Below the pieces are notes generated by a model. It searched no databases. It saw only the letters and a program-made list of their open reading frames with translations, and was not told the DNA's origin. DNA of 64,000 nucleotides. Source: Planctomycetia bacterium. Its GTDB lineage: Bacteria > Planctomycetota > Planctomycetia > JALXBF01 > JBGPMX01. The position numbers and the translations under genes are program-made. The stretch is from the NCBI GenBank assembly GCA_036758585.1, contig DAIOWH010000007.1:10155-74154 (forward strand), written 5' to 3'. Below, one piece after another: positions 47,456 through 57,054 of this stretch. Each line of letters opens with the position of its first letter. The first letter of the stretch is position 1.

Positions 47456-48682
47456 GGTTCGCACGAGGATTCGCCGAACTCGTTCCGCGACGATCCGTTC
47501 CTCGCCAGGCTCGAGGGTGAAGACTGAGATGAGAAACCCTTCGTCGCCCGTGCCATGGACCCGCGCGGTCGCGATCGGCGGGTCGCCGTCGGCGAGCTGC
47601 TGTTTCATTTGATCGCGAGTGACTTTCAGCCGCGACTCGTCCCACTGGATGATCAGGTGTGGGAACTGGTTGGCGATCGGCGGCACGACCTGCCTGGTGG
47701 TGACGCTGGGCAGGTCCTTGACGGCGTCAGCGATCACGGCGATCCGCCGCTCAAGCTCGCGCCGCTCGGCCGCGTGATCGAGACGCAGGTACCGAGCGAC
47801 GGCCGCGTGCATGGCGACCATTTCTTCCTTGCTCACTTTCAGGCCGCGGCCGATGTTGCCGCAGCGCGGCGCCGTGTTGAGCTTGGCGGCTTCGATCAGG
47901 TCCTTGCGGCCGAGGAGCAGGCCGGCGCTCTGCGGCCCGCGCAGCGCCTTGCCGCCGCTGAAGACGACCATATCGAAGCCCATACGGTTGTATTTCCACA
48001 GCGCGTCGACCGGCGGCACGTCGGCGGCCGCGTCGAGCAGCGTCGGGATGTCGCGCCGGCGGGCCACGGCGACCCACTCGTCGCGCTTGATGCGGCCCGC
48101 ATCCTCATGGACGTTGTAAGAGAACATCATCGCGGTGCGCGGGTTGATCGCCCGCTCCAGATCTTCGATCGTCTCGACGTCGACCAGCCTGACGCCGCAG
48201 GCCGTGACCAGATTGTCGTAGCACTCGCGATGCGATCGCTGGCGAATCACCTCGCCGCCTCGGTCTGGCGGCAGGGGAAGCCGAGCCACCAAGCTGTGAT
48301 CGCGATGGGTGAGCGCGGCGGCCGTGCCCAACAAGATTCCGCCGGCGGCGCCGGTCGTCACCAGGGCCGCCTCGACGCCAAGCAGACGGGCGATGCGCTC
48401 ACCGACACGATCCTGAAGCTCGACCAACGGGACGAAACTCCGCGACGCTGCGTTCCATGCCTCGCGCACTTCGGCCGGCATGATCGAGCCGCCCAGCGTC
48501 GTGATGGTCCCGGCGGCGTTGATGATCGGTTTGACGCCGAGCGCCCGGTACACATCCGAGGCGGGCGGGTTCACGTCCATCGCACAGGCTGCGACGTCGC
48601 TGGGCGCGTGAGCCATGAGTAACCCTCCGACAACGGCGCCGCTCGACTTGAGGGCGGCTCGCCGTGTGTGCGTGGCGTCCAT
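47453..48682 (-). CDS. SelA-like/DgaE-like PLP-dependent enzyme with TAT signal
   Basis: TRRAALK signal; INAAGTIT.LGGS, LDAAAD, FSGGKALRGPQSAG and GRGLKVSKEE motifs. Confidence 0.85.
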   Translation of the reverse strand: MDATHTRRAALKSSGAVVGGLLMAHAPSDVAACAMDVNPPASDVYRALGVKPIINAAGTITTLGGSIMPAEVREAWNAASRSFVPLVELQDRVGERIARLLGVEAALVTTGAAGGILLGTAAALTHRDHSLVARLPLPPDRGGEVIRQRSHRECYDNLVTACGVRLVDVETIEDLERAINPRTAMMFSYNVHEDAGRIKRDEWVAVARRRDIPTLLDAAADVPPVDALWKYNRMGFDMVVFSGGKALRGPQSAGLLLGRKDLIEAAKLNTAPRCGNIGRGLKVSKEEMVAMHAAVARYLRLDHAAERRELERRIAVIADAVKDLPSVTTRQVVPPIANQFPHLIIQWDESRLKVTRDQMKQQLADGDPPIATARVHGTGDEGFLISVFTLEPGEERIVAERVRRILVRT

Positions 48683-48694
48683 TGTGGGACAGGC

Positions 48695-49537
48695 TCAGTC
48701 GATGAACTGGGCCGTGATGCGTTGCGGGATGACGCCGGCCTCGAATCCGCGGTCGAGAAAGAGCTGCACCGCCTGGCGGCCGCGCGGTCCGTAGTCCAGC
48801 GTCCAATCGTTGACGTACATGCCGACGAACCTGTCGGCCTGGCCGCGGTCGAGTTCGCGGGCGTATTGCATCGCATGCCCGAGGGCGGCCTCGCGATGGT
48901 CGAGACCGTAGCGAATGCTGTCGCGCAGGTGGCGGCTGATGCGCCGCAGCAGGTCGGGCCCGAGGTCCCGCCGGACCACGTTACCCCCCAGCGGCAACGG
49001 CAACCCGCCGGTGTCGTCGTGCCACCACTGGCCCAGGTCGACCACTCGGCAGAGGCCCAGCGACTCGTAGGTCAGTTGACCCTCGTGAATGATGAGGCCC
49101 GCATCGACGCGACCAGACTGCACTGCGCCGAGAATCTGATCGAACGGGACGACCTCGTAGGCGAAGTCGACTCGCAGCAGCAGCTTGAGCGCGAGGAACG
49201 CGCTCGTCAGTGTGCCGGGCACGGCGATTGTCTTCTCGTGCAGTTCGCTCGGCGTGAGCGGCGTGCGGGCGACGACCATCGGCCCGTAGCGGTCGCCCAT
49301 GCTGGCGCCCGACGACAGCAGCGCGTACTTGTCGGCGAGGAATGCGTAGGCATGAATGCTGACGGCACTGACCTCCAACTCGCCGGCCAGCGCGCGCCGG
49401 TTCAGTGTTTCGATGTCTTGCAGCACGTGCCGAAACTCAAGATCGCCCGTGTCCACCAGCCCCTTGGCCAGGGCGTAGAACATGAATGCGTCGTCGGAGT
49501 CGGGACTGTGACCGACTTGGATGATGCGGCGCGTCAT
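48695..49537 (-). CDS. mqnD: 1,4-dihydroxy-6-naphthoate synthase (futalosine pathway)
   Basis: GHSPDSDDAFMFYAL, GASMGDRYGP, IIHEGQLTY and LPLPLGGN motifs. Confidence 0.85.
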   Translation of the reverse strand: MTRRIIQVGHSPDSDDAFMFYALAKGLVDTGDLEFRHVLQDIETLNRRALAGELEVSAVSIHAYAFLADKYALLSSGASMGDRYGPMVVARTPLTPSELHEKTIAVPGTLTSAFLALKLLLRVDFAYEVVPFDQILGAVQSGRVDAGLIIHEGQLTYESLGLCRVVDLGQWWHDDTGGLPLPLGGNVVRRDLGPDLLRRISRHLRDSIRYGLDHREAALGHAMQYARELDRGQADRFVGMYVNDWTLDYGPRGRQAVQLFLDRGFEAGVIPQRITAQFID

Positions 49538-49546
49538 GCAAGCTCG

Positions 49547-49870
49547 CTAGTTGCGGCCGATCATTTCCTGGAAACGACTCTTGGGGTTGAGTCCCACCAG
49601 ACGGTCGACGATCTGGCCGTTCTTGAAGAGCAGCACCGTCGGGATCGAGCTGATGTCGAAGCTGCCCGCGGTGGTCGGACTCTCGTCGGTGTTCAACTTG
49701 GCGACCTTGACCTTGCCGTCGAGGTCCTTGGCCAGCTCTTCGATCGTCGGCGCCAACATGCGACACGGACCACACCACGGCGCCCAAAAATCGACCAAGA
49801 CCGGCAGCGTGCTATCAATGACTTCCTTCTGGAAGTTTGCGTCCGTGACTTCCAAGACCTTTCCTGCCAT
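49547..49870 (-). CDS. trxA: Thioredoxin
   Basis: VDFWAPWCGPC active site; SIPT motif. Confidence 0.96.
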   Translation of the reverse strand: MAGKVLEVTDANFQKEVIDSTLPVLVDFWAPWCGPCRMLAPTIEELAKDLDGKVKVAKLNTDESPTTAGSFDISSIPTVLLFKNGQIVDRLVGLNPKSRFQEMIGRN

Positions 49871-49926
49871 TGGAGCTATTCCTCGCGTTACTCTATGGGC
49901 ATCGTTCACTGACCATTACCGCGCGG

Positions 49927-49956
49927 ATTATAGCGCCGCCGGTCAGCCAGCGTCAA
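49927..49956 (-). promoter_or_regulatory. sigma70-type promoter for trxA-mqnD
   Basis: TTGACG-N18-TATAAT on the minus strand. Confidence 0.7.
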
Positions 49957-49995
49957 TTCGTTCGCTTGGAGTCGGCAGTTCGATCGCGGCAAGTT

Positions 49996-51300
49996 TCAGG
50001 ACTTCTGGCGTCCCGTGACTGATTGGTAAACCGCCAGCGTGGCCTCGGCCATGCGGTCGGCGTTGTGCAGGCGTTCGATGGCGGCGCGGCCGCGGCGGCC
50101 GAGCTCGGCGCGGAGTGGGGCGTTGTCGAGTAGTTGAGCGATGCCGTCGGCCAGCGCCTGAGGGTCGTTCGGCGGAACGAGCAGACCGGCCTCGGTGGCG
50201 TTGATCAGTTCTGTGTAGATGCCGTGCCAAGGCTGGACTACCGGGACCTCGTTGGCCAGCGCCTCCAGCACGGGCAGGCCCTTGCACTCGCGATAGACGC
50301 TCGGCACGCTGAACACGTCGAGCGACTGGAGGAAACGGATCTTCGCCGCGCGGTCGACCTCGCCCAGGTATTCCACCGCGTCGCTCAGGCCGCAGCCGGC
50401 GATCTCGCCACGCAGCTTGTCCCAATAGGCCTGGTCGCGTGCGCCGAGGAACCCGGCGATGCGCAGCCGCACGCCTGCGAACCTGGCCTGTTCGCGCAGC
50501 CGCCGAAACGCCTCGATCAGGATATGCAGCCCCTTTTCGTGGCAGATGCGCGAGAGATATCCGACCGTGGGCGCCGTGTCGGAAGTCGTGCGCACAGGCG
50601 CACGCCCGTGTCCGTCGAGGCTGATGCCGAGCGGAACCTGATAGACGCGTGACTCGGGGACGCCGATGTAGTCGCGCATGAACTCGGCGTAGTAGCGACT
50701 GAACGTGACGAATCCATCGACCTCGGACACCTGGCTGCGGACGAGGTCGAGCGCTTGCGACCGCCAGGGTTCCGGCAGACCGTCCAGGAACAGATCCTCG
50801 CCCGACAGCGTGCAGACCACGGGCACGCCCAGCCGGCGACGTAGCGGTGCGGCCAGGGCAATGAGCAGCGCGTTCGACAGATCGACAATATCGGGGCGGA
50901 CTTCGACGGCGAGCCAATCGACGAGCTTGGCGAACTCCTTGTGGTCCGGACCCGCCTCGCCGCGCAGCATCGACACGGTGAGCGCCCCCAGGTCGGCGGC
51001 GTCGGTCTTGAGTGCGAAGCCGGCGGCCCAGTTGAGCAACCGCGGCGAATCGAGCAACCGGTCGGCCAGTGCGGGCGTGTGCCGGAAGATGGCGGACTTG
51101 TGCTGCAGGTAGACGTTGATGCCCCCCAGGAACACGCGCGGCAGGCTGACGTTTGGCTCGTCGGTCCGCGTGGGCGTGTATGTTGGGACAAGCACAACGT
51201 CATGCCCGCGACCCATGAGGGTGCGCGCAAGCGAGTTGTCGCGCAGGCAACTGCCGCAGTACATGCCGGCCGCGCCGGCGGTGATGAAAGCGATTTTCAT
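49996..51300 (-). CDS. Glycosyltransferase family 4
   Basis: GYLSRICHEKG; FSVPSVYRECKGLPVLEALA (EX7E); N-terminal YCGSC motif. Confidence 0.88.
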   Translation of the reverse strand: MKIAFITAGAAGMYCGSCLRDNSLARTLMGRGHDVVLVPTYTPTRTDEPNVSLPRVFLGGINVYLQHKSAIFRHTPALADRLLDSPRLLNWAAGFALKTDAADLGALTVSMLRGEAGPDHKEFAKLVDWLAVEVRPDIVDLSNALLIALAAPLRRRLGVPVVCTLSGEDLFLDGLPEPWRSQALDLVRSQVSEVDGFVTFSRYYAEFMRDYIGVPESRVYQVPLGISLDGHGRAPVRTTSDTAPTVGYLSRICHEKGLHILIEAFRRLREQARFAGVRLRIAGFLGARDQAYWDKLRGEIAGCGLSDAVEYLGEVDRAAKIRFLQSLDVFSVPSVYRECKGLPVLEALANEVPVVQPWHGIYTELINATEAGLLVPPNDPQALADGIAQLLDNAPLRAELGRRGRAAIERLHNADRMAEATLAVYQSVTGRQKS

Positions 51301-51436
51301 GGCGGGTCGTATCGATTCTAGTGGCGGTTGATTTGAGCGACAAGCAACGCTTCGTCTTTCGTCCGCCGCAGATGACCGTTACCATGCTGGTCCGAAGCAA
51401 CCCGCCGAGCCGCCCCCCCGGAGATGTAAACCGCGC

Positions 51437-52942
51437 ATGGAACTCGACACACAAGTGCAACCGCCCCTCACGCGGACGCACTGGCTCATCATCATCATCG
51501 CGTCCATCGGGTTCTTGTTCGACACGTATGAGCTGCTGATGACGCCGCTGGTCGCGGGGCCGGCGATCGCCGAACTGCTGAAGCTGCCGCTCAACAACCC
51601 GCTCGTCACGGACTGGGTCGGGCGGCTGCTGTGGATCGCGGCGCTGTGTGGCGGCGTGTTCGGGTTGCTCGGCGGCTGGCTGGTGGACCGCTTCGGCCGC
51701 AAGACGATCATGGGAGCGAGCATCTTGCTCTACTCCGTCTCGCCGTTTTGCGCGGCGTATGCGACTTCGCTGCCGGTGTTCGTCTTCTTCCGCAGCACCA
51801 CATTCATCGGCGTGTGCGTCGAATTCGTCGCCGCGATCACGTGGCTCGCCGAGGTATTCCCGGATAAGCGTCAGAAGGAAAAATGGCTCGGCATCACCCA
51901 GGCGTTTGCGTCGCTGGGCGGCGTGGCGGTCACGGCGATGAGCGTGATGATCAGCCAACACAGCACCGATCTGGCGAAACTGAGCATTGGCTTGCCGGCC
52001 AGTTTGGGCAGTACCGCCGCGGCGACCTGGCGATATCTGCTGATGACCGGCATGTTGCCGGCGGTTCCCATCGTACTACTGCTGCCGTTCGTGCCCGAGA
52101 GTCAGATCTGGCGCGATCGCCGCGCGGCCGGGACATTGAAGCGGCCGAGCTTCGCGGCATTGTTCGCTCCGGAATTGCGCCGCGTCACGATCGTGACGGC
52201 AATCTTGTCCGCGTGCGCCTACGGGATCGCGTTCGGTGCGTTGCAGGTGACGGTCGCCCGCGTGACGCCAGGATTGCCCGAGCTGTCGCAGCAGTCCAAA
52301 GCTCTTGCGCCGCTGCGAACGGAAGCCGAATCGCTGAACAAGGAGTTAATCGACCCGGCGACGAGCAAGGACCGGCGCGACGAACTCCGCGGCTTGATCA
52401 AGGAGAACTTCGGCAAACAAAAGCCGAGCAACGACAAGATCAAAGAAATGGCCGACAAGGTCCAGTTCCATCAGGAAATGGGCGGGCTGACCGGGCGGGT
52501 GCTGCTGGCGATTCTGCTCATCATCGGTATCAGTCGCGTTACGCTCTTGCGGCTGTTGCAGGCGCCGGCGTTGGTTGTCTTGCCGGTCACATATTTCGTG
52601 CTGTTCCAGGAAGGCGGCACGCCATTCTTAATGGGGTACGCGGTGTGCGGCCTGCTGACGGTCGCCCAATTCAGCTACTTCGGCGAGTATCTGCCGAAGG
52701 TTTTTCCCTTACACCTGCGCGGCACGGGAGGCAGCTTTGCGACCAACGTGGGCGGACGCATGATCGGCACGAGCATGGCGATGCTCAACACGAGTCTGCT
52801 CGCGCCGCTCGTCGCCGGCAGCGAAGCCCTGCGGCCGGCGCACGTCGCCACAGCGGCCGGACTCATCGCCGTGGGCCTCGCATTCATCGCGTTGATCGTG
52901 GGCTTTTTCCTGCCGGAGCCGAAGGCCGAAGCTCAAGACTGA
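51437..52942 (+). CDS. MFS transporter
   Basis: DRFGRK motif; multiple TM; EYLPKVFPLHLRGTGGSFATNVGGR. Confidence 0.88.
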   Translation: MELDTQVQPPLTRTHWLIIIIASIGFLFDTYELLMTPLVAGPAIAELLKLPLNNPLVTDWVGRLLWIAALCGGVFGLLGGWLVDRFGRKTIMGASILLYSVSPFCAAYATSLPVFVFFRSTTFIGVCVEFVAAITWLAEVFPDKRQKEKWLGITQAFASLGGVAVTAMSVMISQHSTDLAKLSIGLPASLGSTAAATWRYLLMTGMLPAVPIVLLLPFVPESQIWRDRRAAGTLKRPSFAALFAPELRRVTIVTAILSACAYGIAFGALQVTVARVTPGLPELSQQSKALAPLRTEAESLNKELIDPATSKDRRDELRGLIKENFGKQKPSNDKIKEMADKVQFHQEMGGLTGRVLLAILLIIGISRVTLLRLLQAPALVVLPVTYFVLFQEGGTPFLMGYAVCGLLTVAQFSYFGEYLPKVFPLHLRGTGGSFATNVGGRMIGTSMAMLNTSLLAPLVAGSEALRPAHVATAAGLIAVGLAFIALIVGFFLPEPKAEAQD

Positions 52943-52947
52943 GCAAC

Positions 52948-53679
52948 TTACAGCCGGTCGCGCACCAAATCGAAGCCGATCAGAAAGATCCCCGCGTCGA
53001 CCAGCAGGTGGCTGAACCACGGACTGTACAGCGACCCGGTTCGCTGGTAGAGCCACGCCCAGACGACTCCACCCACCGCGACCGATATGGAGAACAGCCA
53101 CGTCAGGAACGAGAACCACCCGAAGAATAAGGCCAGCACGATAACGTGATGGGCCATGAATCCGAGGCTCGACACTCCGATCGCCCACGCACGGGGGGCC
53201 ATGCGCTGCAACTGACCGAACACGAACCAGCGCCAGTAGTACTCTTCGAGGAACGAGTGGCACAGGGAGTAGAACAGCCCCATCGCCGCGTACTTGGCTG
53301 GTGTGTCCACTCCAAAGCCGGCGACCTTGTCGCGGACAACGTTGCCCGGCGCGTCAAAGAAGCCTGCTGGGCTCAGGTAGCCGTGATACAGAGCCATCAT
53401 CGCCGCGACCACGGCAACGCCAAAGCCGATGCTCAGCGGCAGGCCCGTCGTGCTCGGCCCGCGCCATTCCCAGCGGCGACGCTCGACGGCGAACACCCAG
53501 ACCACAGGCAGCAGGAACTGGATCGCCTTGCCTGCCGAGTAGGCCGTTTGCTGTATCGCCGCTGCGGAGGACTTGAGCCACACGAAGTAGACCCAAGTCA
53601 CCAGCGACGGCAGGACCAGGGCCACAACGACGGCGGCGAGCCCGCGAGTTCTGGCCGCTTCCATGCTCGGTTCGTTCAT
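52948..53679 (-). CDS. CPBP/Abi (CAAX-like) intramembrane glutamic endopeptidase
   Basis: EEYYWR, F..HH and H..VD motifs. Confidence 0.88.
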   Translation of the reverse strand: MNEPSMEAARTRGLAAVVVALVLPSLVTWVYFVWLKSSAAAIQQTAYSAGKAIQFLLPVVWVFAVERRRWEWRGPSTTGLPLSIGFGVAVVAAMMALYHGYLSPAGFFDAPGNVVRDKVAGFGVDTPAKYAAMGLFYSLCHSFLEEYYWRWFVFGQLQRMAPRAWAIGVSSLGFMAHHVIVLALFFGWFSFLTWLFSISVAVGGVVWAWLYQRTGSLYSPWFSHLLVDAGIFLIGFDLVRDRL

Positions 53680-53757
53680 GAGTTCGGTCAATAAACCATA
53701 TGGACACGAACCAATCAATGCAGTAGTTTCCCGCCGCTCTTCGGTCTCTCCCTTCTC

Positions 53758-53773
53758 TGGCCAGGCGGTCGCA
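53758..53773 (+). promoter_or_regulatory. Possible sigma54 promoter upstream of flhA
   Basis: TGGCCA-GGCGG-TCGCA; correct GG..GC spacing but two deviations from consensus. Confidence 0.35.
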
Positions 53774-53840
53774 GGTCGTTCCCGGCGTTCGCTTCTGGCG
53801 GACCAGCAGGACAAGTCTGTTCCGCGTCACGGAGGATGGG

Positions 53841-55631
53841 ATGGGTTTCACCGCGGCGGGGTACGCCCGAGAGTTGCTTCCGCTTATCGCACGGCGACGC
53901 GGCCTTGTTTTTCCGCTGGCGATCATCGGCGCCGTGCTCGTCTTGGTCGTACCACTTCCGCCCGCGCTGATGGATCTGCTTCTTGCAGCGAACATCACAC
54001 TGTCGATCGTCATTCTGATGGCGACAATCAGCGTGCAAACTCCGCTAGAGCTCAGCGTGTTTCCCAGCCTGCTGCTCGGCACCACGCTGTTTCGATTGGT
54101 GCTGAACGTTGCGTCGACGCGGCTGATTCTCACAAATGCCGGCGCGGCGGGCACGGCGGCGGCGGGCGGGATCATCGAAAAATTCGGCGAGATGGTCGCC
54201 GGAGATCGCATGGTCGTCGGCTTCGTCATCTTCCTGATCATCGTAGTGATTCAGTTTGTGGTCGTCACCAAGGGGGCGACGCGCATCAGCGAAGTGGCCG
54301 CGCGCTTTGTGCTCGACTCGCTGCCCGGCCGCCAGATGGCAATCGACGCGGATCTGTCGGCTGGTCTCGTTGACGAACCAACCGCGCGTCGCCAGCGCGA
54401 AGACCTGCTTCGTCACGCCGACTTCTTTGGGGCGATGGACGGCGCAGCGAAGTTCGTGCGCGGCGACGCCGTTGCCGGCCTCATCATCACGCTGGTCAAT
54501 ATCCTTGGCGGCCTCTACGTCGGCGTCGTCGAAACCGGCATGTCCCTGGCCGACGCGTTCAGCGTGTTCACCAGGCTGACCATCGGCGACGGCTTGGCCA
54601 GTCAGGTGCCCGCGTTCATCATCGCCTTAGGCGCCGCGTTGCTCATAACTCGCTCCTCCGTGCCGGCCAATCTCGGCGAAGAAACCGTTCGGCAGGTGAC
54701 CAGTCATCCTGAAGCCCTCATGATGGCCGGCCTGTTCGCCGTGCTGTTGGCCGCGACGGATTTTCCACGAGCGCCGTTGATAGTCCTCGGCGGCGCCTGC
54801 GTCGGTTGGGCCGTGTGGAGCGGGCGAACGCCTCGCAAAGTGCCCGAGCGCAGCGACGCACCCGCGATGAAAGAGGCGGAACTGACCGTACGCATCGAGG
54901 AGTTCCTGCACATCGATCCGATCGAGTTGGAGGTAGGCTATGGCTTGCTGCGGATGACGGATCGGTCGCGAGGCGGCGACCTGGTGGAGCGGCTGCAGCA
55001 ACTTCGCCAGCAAGTTGCGCGGCGGTTGGGTTTGATCCTGCCCAAGGTGCGGATTCGGGACAACCTCGATCTCGCACCGCACGCCTACCGCGTCAAGGTG
55101 CGCGGTCGCCACGTCGCCGACGGATCGATTCCGATCGACTGTTGGCTGGCCCGTCAGGGCCGCTCGACGCCGACGGTCGCCCTCGGTGCACCGGCGCCGG
55201 CGGAACTGTACGGCGCCAACTCGTGGTGGATCGACGCCGCCAAGCGATCCTATGCCGAGCGGCAGGGATTCCAAGTACTCGACGCCGCCGGATCGCTGCT
55301 GCACCACTTGCACAAAGTGATCGAACAACACGCGGGCGACTTGCTCAGCCGTGATCAGGTCAAACGACTCCTCGACAGCCTGCGAGCGACGTCGCCCGCG
55401 CTGGTCGATGACATTGTGCCCGGGCTGCTTTCTGCAGGGCACATTCATCGCGTGCTGCAGAACCTGCTGCGCGAGGGCCGTAGCATTCGCGATCTCGAAA
55501 CTATTCTGGAAGCGATGAGCGACCTAGCGCCGCAAAACCGCGACATCGAGGCACTCACGGAGCACGTGCGCGGCCAACTCAGTTACACCGATGAGACGTG
55601 GTCGAGTGAACTACGATTGGCCGCCGCGTAG
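53841..55631 (+). CDS. flhA: Flagellar export protein FlhA (C-terminally shortened)
   Basis: FPSLLL.TTLFRL.LNVASTRLIL; KGATRISEVAARF.LDSLPG.QMAIDADL; FFGAMDGAAKFVRGDA; DPIELEVGYGL. Confidence 0.93.
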   Translation: MGFTAAGYARELLPLIARRRGLVFPLAIIGAVLVLVVPLPPALMDLLLAANITLSIVILMATISVQTPLELSVFPSLLLGTTLFRLVLNVASTRLILTNAGAAGTAAAGGIIEKFGEMVAGDRMVVGFVIFLIIVVIQFVVVTKGATRISEVAARFVLDSLPGRQMAIDADLSAGLVDEPTARRQREDLLRHADFFGAMDGAAKFVRGDAVAGLIITLVNILGGLYVGVVETGMSLADAFSVFTRLTIGDGLASQVPAFIIALGAALLITRSSVPANLGEETVRQVTSHPEALMMAGLFAVLLAATDFPRAPLIVLGGACVGWAVWSGRTPRKVPERSDAPAMKEAELTVRIEEFLHIDPIELEVGYGLLRMTDRSRGGDLVERLQQLRQQVARRLGLILPKVRIRDNLDLAPHAYRVKVRGRHVADGSIPIDCWLARQGRSTPTVALGAPAPAELYGANSWWIDAAKRSYAERQGFQVLDAAGSLLHHLHKVIEQHAGDLLSRDQVKRLLDSLRATSPALVDDIVPGLLSAGHIHRVLQNLLREGRSIRDLETILEAMSDLAPQNRDIEALTEHVRGQLSYTDETWSSELRLAAA

Positions 55632-55702
55632 TCGAGGAACACCCGAGCAAATGACGGCACGGCAAGACGGCCGACGCCGGCGCGGGATGAACAGAAAGAA
55701 GG

Positions 55703-56830
55703 ATGGAAATGGACATTCGCACGTTCAGCGGCCGCACGATGAAAGACGCGCTGGCTCAAGTGCGGTCGCAGTTAGGGCCCGAGGCCGTAATCCTGCAATC
55801 ACGCGAGACTCGCAAGCGACGCATGTTTGGGCTGGCCGCGACGTACGGCGTCGAGATCACGGCCGGAACCGGCCTCGCCGTGCCCGAGCCGGCGACAAAC
55901 TGCGACGATGGAGCCGCGGCCATCGAGCAATTGGGCCGCCAGGTCGAGACAATGAGCGCGTTGCTGCGCGGTCTGTGCCGGCGCAAGAAGAGTCCGACGC
56001 CCGACCTGCCGCACGAACTGGCCGCCGTCTACGCCAAGCTGATCGACGGCGAGATACACGAGTCGATCGCGAGCGACGTGGTCTGCCAGTTGCGCGACGA
56101 ACTGAGCCGTGCGGAGCTTGGCGAGAGTTCCAGCGTGGCCGCCCGGCTCCAGCAACTCATGCAGGAGCGGTTGCGCGTGGCGGGACCTATCGTGTGCGAA
56201 CACGGCCACTCGAACGTGGTCGCTGTGGCGGGGCCTACGGGCGCCGGCAAGACCTCGGCCGTGGCGAAGCTGGCCGCCAGTTTCAAGCTGCGTCAGAACC
56301 TGCGCGTCGGGCTGGTCACCTTCGACACCCATCGAATCGCGGCGGTCGAGCAGCTTCGCACCTATGCTGAGATCATCGACGTGCCGCTGCGCGTCGTAAC
56401 CAGCCCGCGCGACATGGCGGGGGCAATCAATGAACTTGGCGAACTTGATCTGGTGCTGGTCGATACGCCGGGACGCAGTCCGCGCGACGAGATTCGCGTT
56501 AAGGAACTCAAAGCGTTCCTGATTGAGGCTGGGACAAGCGAGGTGCATCTCGTGCTCAGCGCCGCAGGTTCGTTCGGTGGGCTGATGACGGCGATCGACG
56601 GATTCGCCGCGATAGGCGTGAACCGGCTGCTGTTCACCAAGCTGGATGAGGCGCCGACGCTTGGGGCTATCGTCAGCGCGACCGCTTATTCGGGCCTGCC
56701 AGTGGGCTACCTGGCGTACGGCCAAGATGTGCCCGACAACATCGATGTGGCCGAGCCGGCCGAGTTGGCGGAGCGCGTCGTCGAGGGGATCATGAACCAG
56801 AGCGAACGGCCGCTCATGTGGGCGGCGTGA
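55703..56830 (+). CDS. flhF: Flagellar SRP-family GTPase FlhF
   Basis: MKDAL.QVR..LGPEAVIL N-terminus; GPTGAGKT, DTPGRS and TKLDE motifs. Confidence 0.92.
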   Translation: MEMDIRTFSGRTMKDALAQVRSQLGPEAVILQSRETRKRRMFGLAATYGVEITAGTGLAVPEPATNCDDGAAAIEQLGRQVETMSALLRGLCRRKKSPTPDLPHELAAVYAKLIDGEIHESIASDVVCQLRDELSRAELGESSSVAARLQQLMQERLRVAGPIVCEHGHSNVVAVAGPTGAGKTSAVAKLAASFKLRQNLRVGLVTFDTHRIAAVEQLRTYAEIIDVPLRVVTSPRDMAGAINELGELDLVLVDTPGRSPRDEIRVKELKAFLIEAGTSEVHLVLSAAGSFGGLMTAIDGFAAIGVNRLLFTKLDEAPTLGAIVSATAYSGLPVGYLAYGQDVPDNIDVAEPAELAERVVEGIMNQSERPLMWAA

Positions 56831-56895
56831 ACGCTGTGCTGCAAGGTGTTGAGCGTGCGACGGTCGGCACGGCCGTAAGGAAAACGGAATAAGGC

Positions 56896-56923
56896 TCAAG
56901 CCGCCCCGGCGGACTGCCGATAG
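56896..56923 (+). promoter_or_regulatory. sigma28-type promoter upstream of fliA
   Basis: TCAAG-N15-GCCGATAG. Confidence 0.65.
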
Positions 56924-57054
56924 AAGCGAGTGCCGAAACTCTCCCATCTTGCTGACGGCCTCGGCGCGACCCGCCGCCGCATCCGTCAGGACGCTGGACC
57001 CAACGCACGTACGTTGTCAGAGACAAACAGGACCGTGAGCCGAGAGGGATCTCG

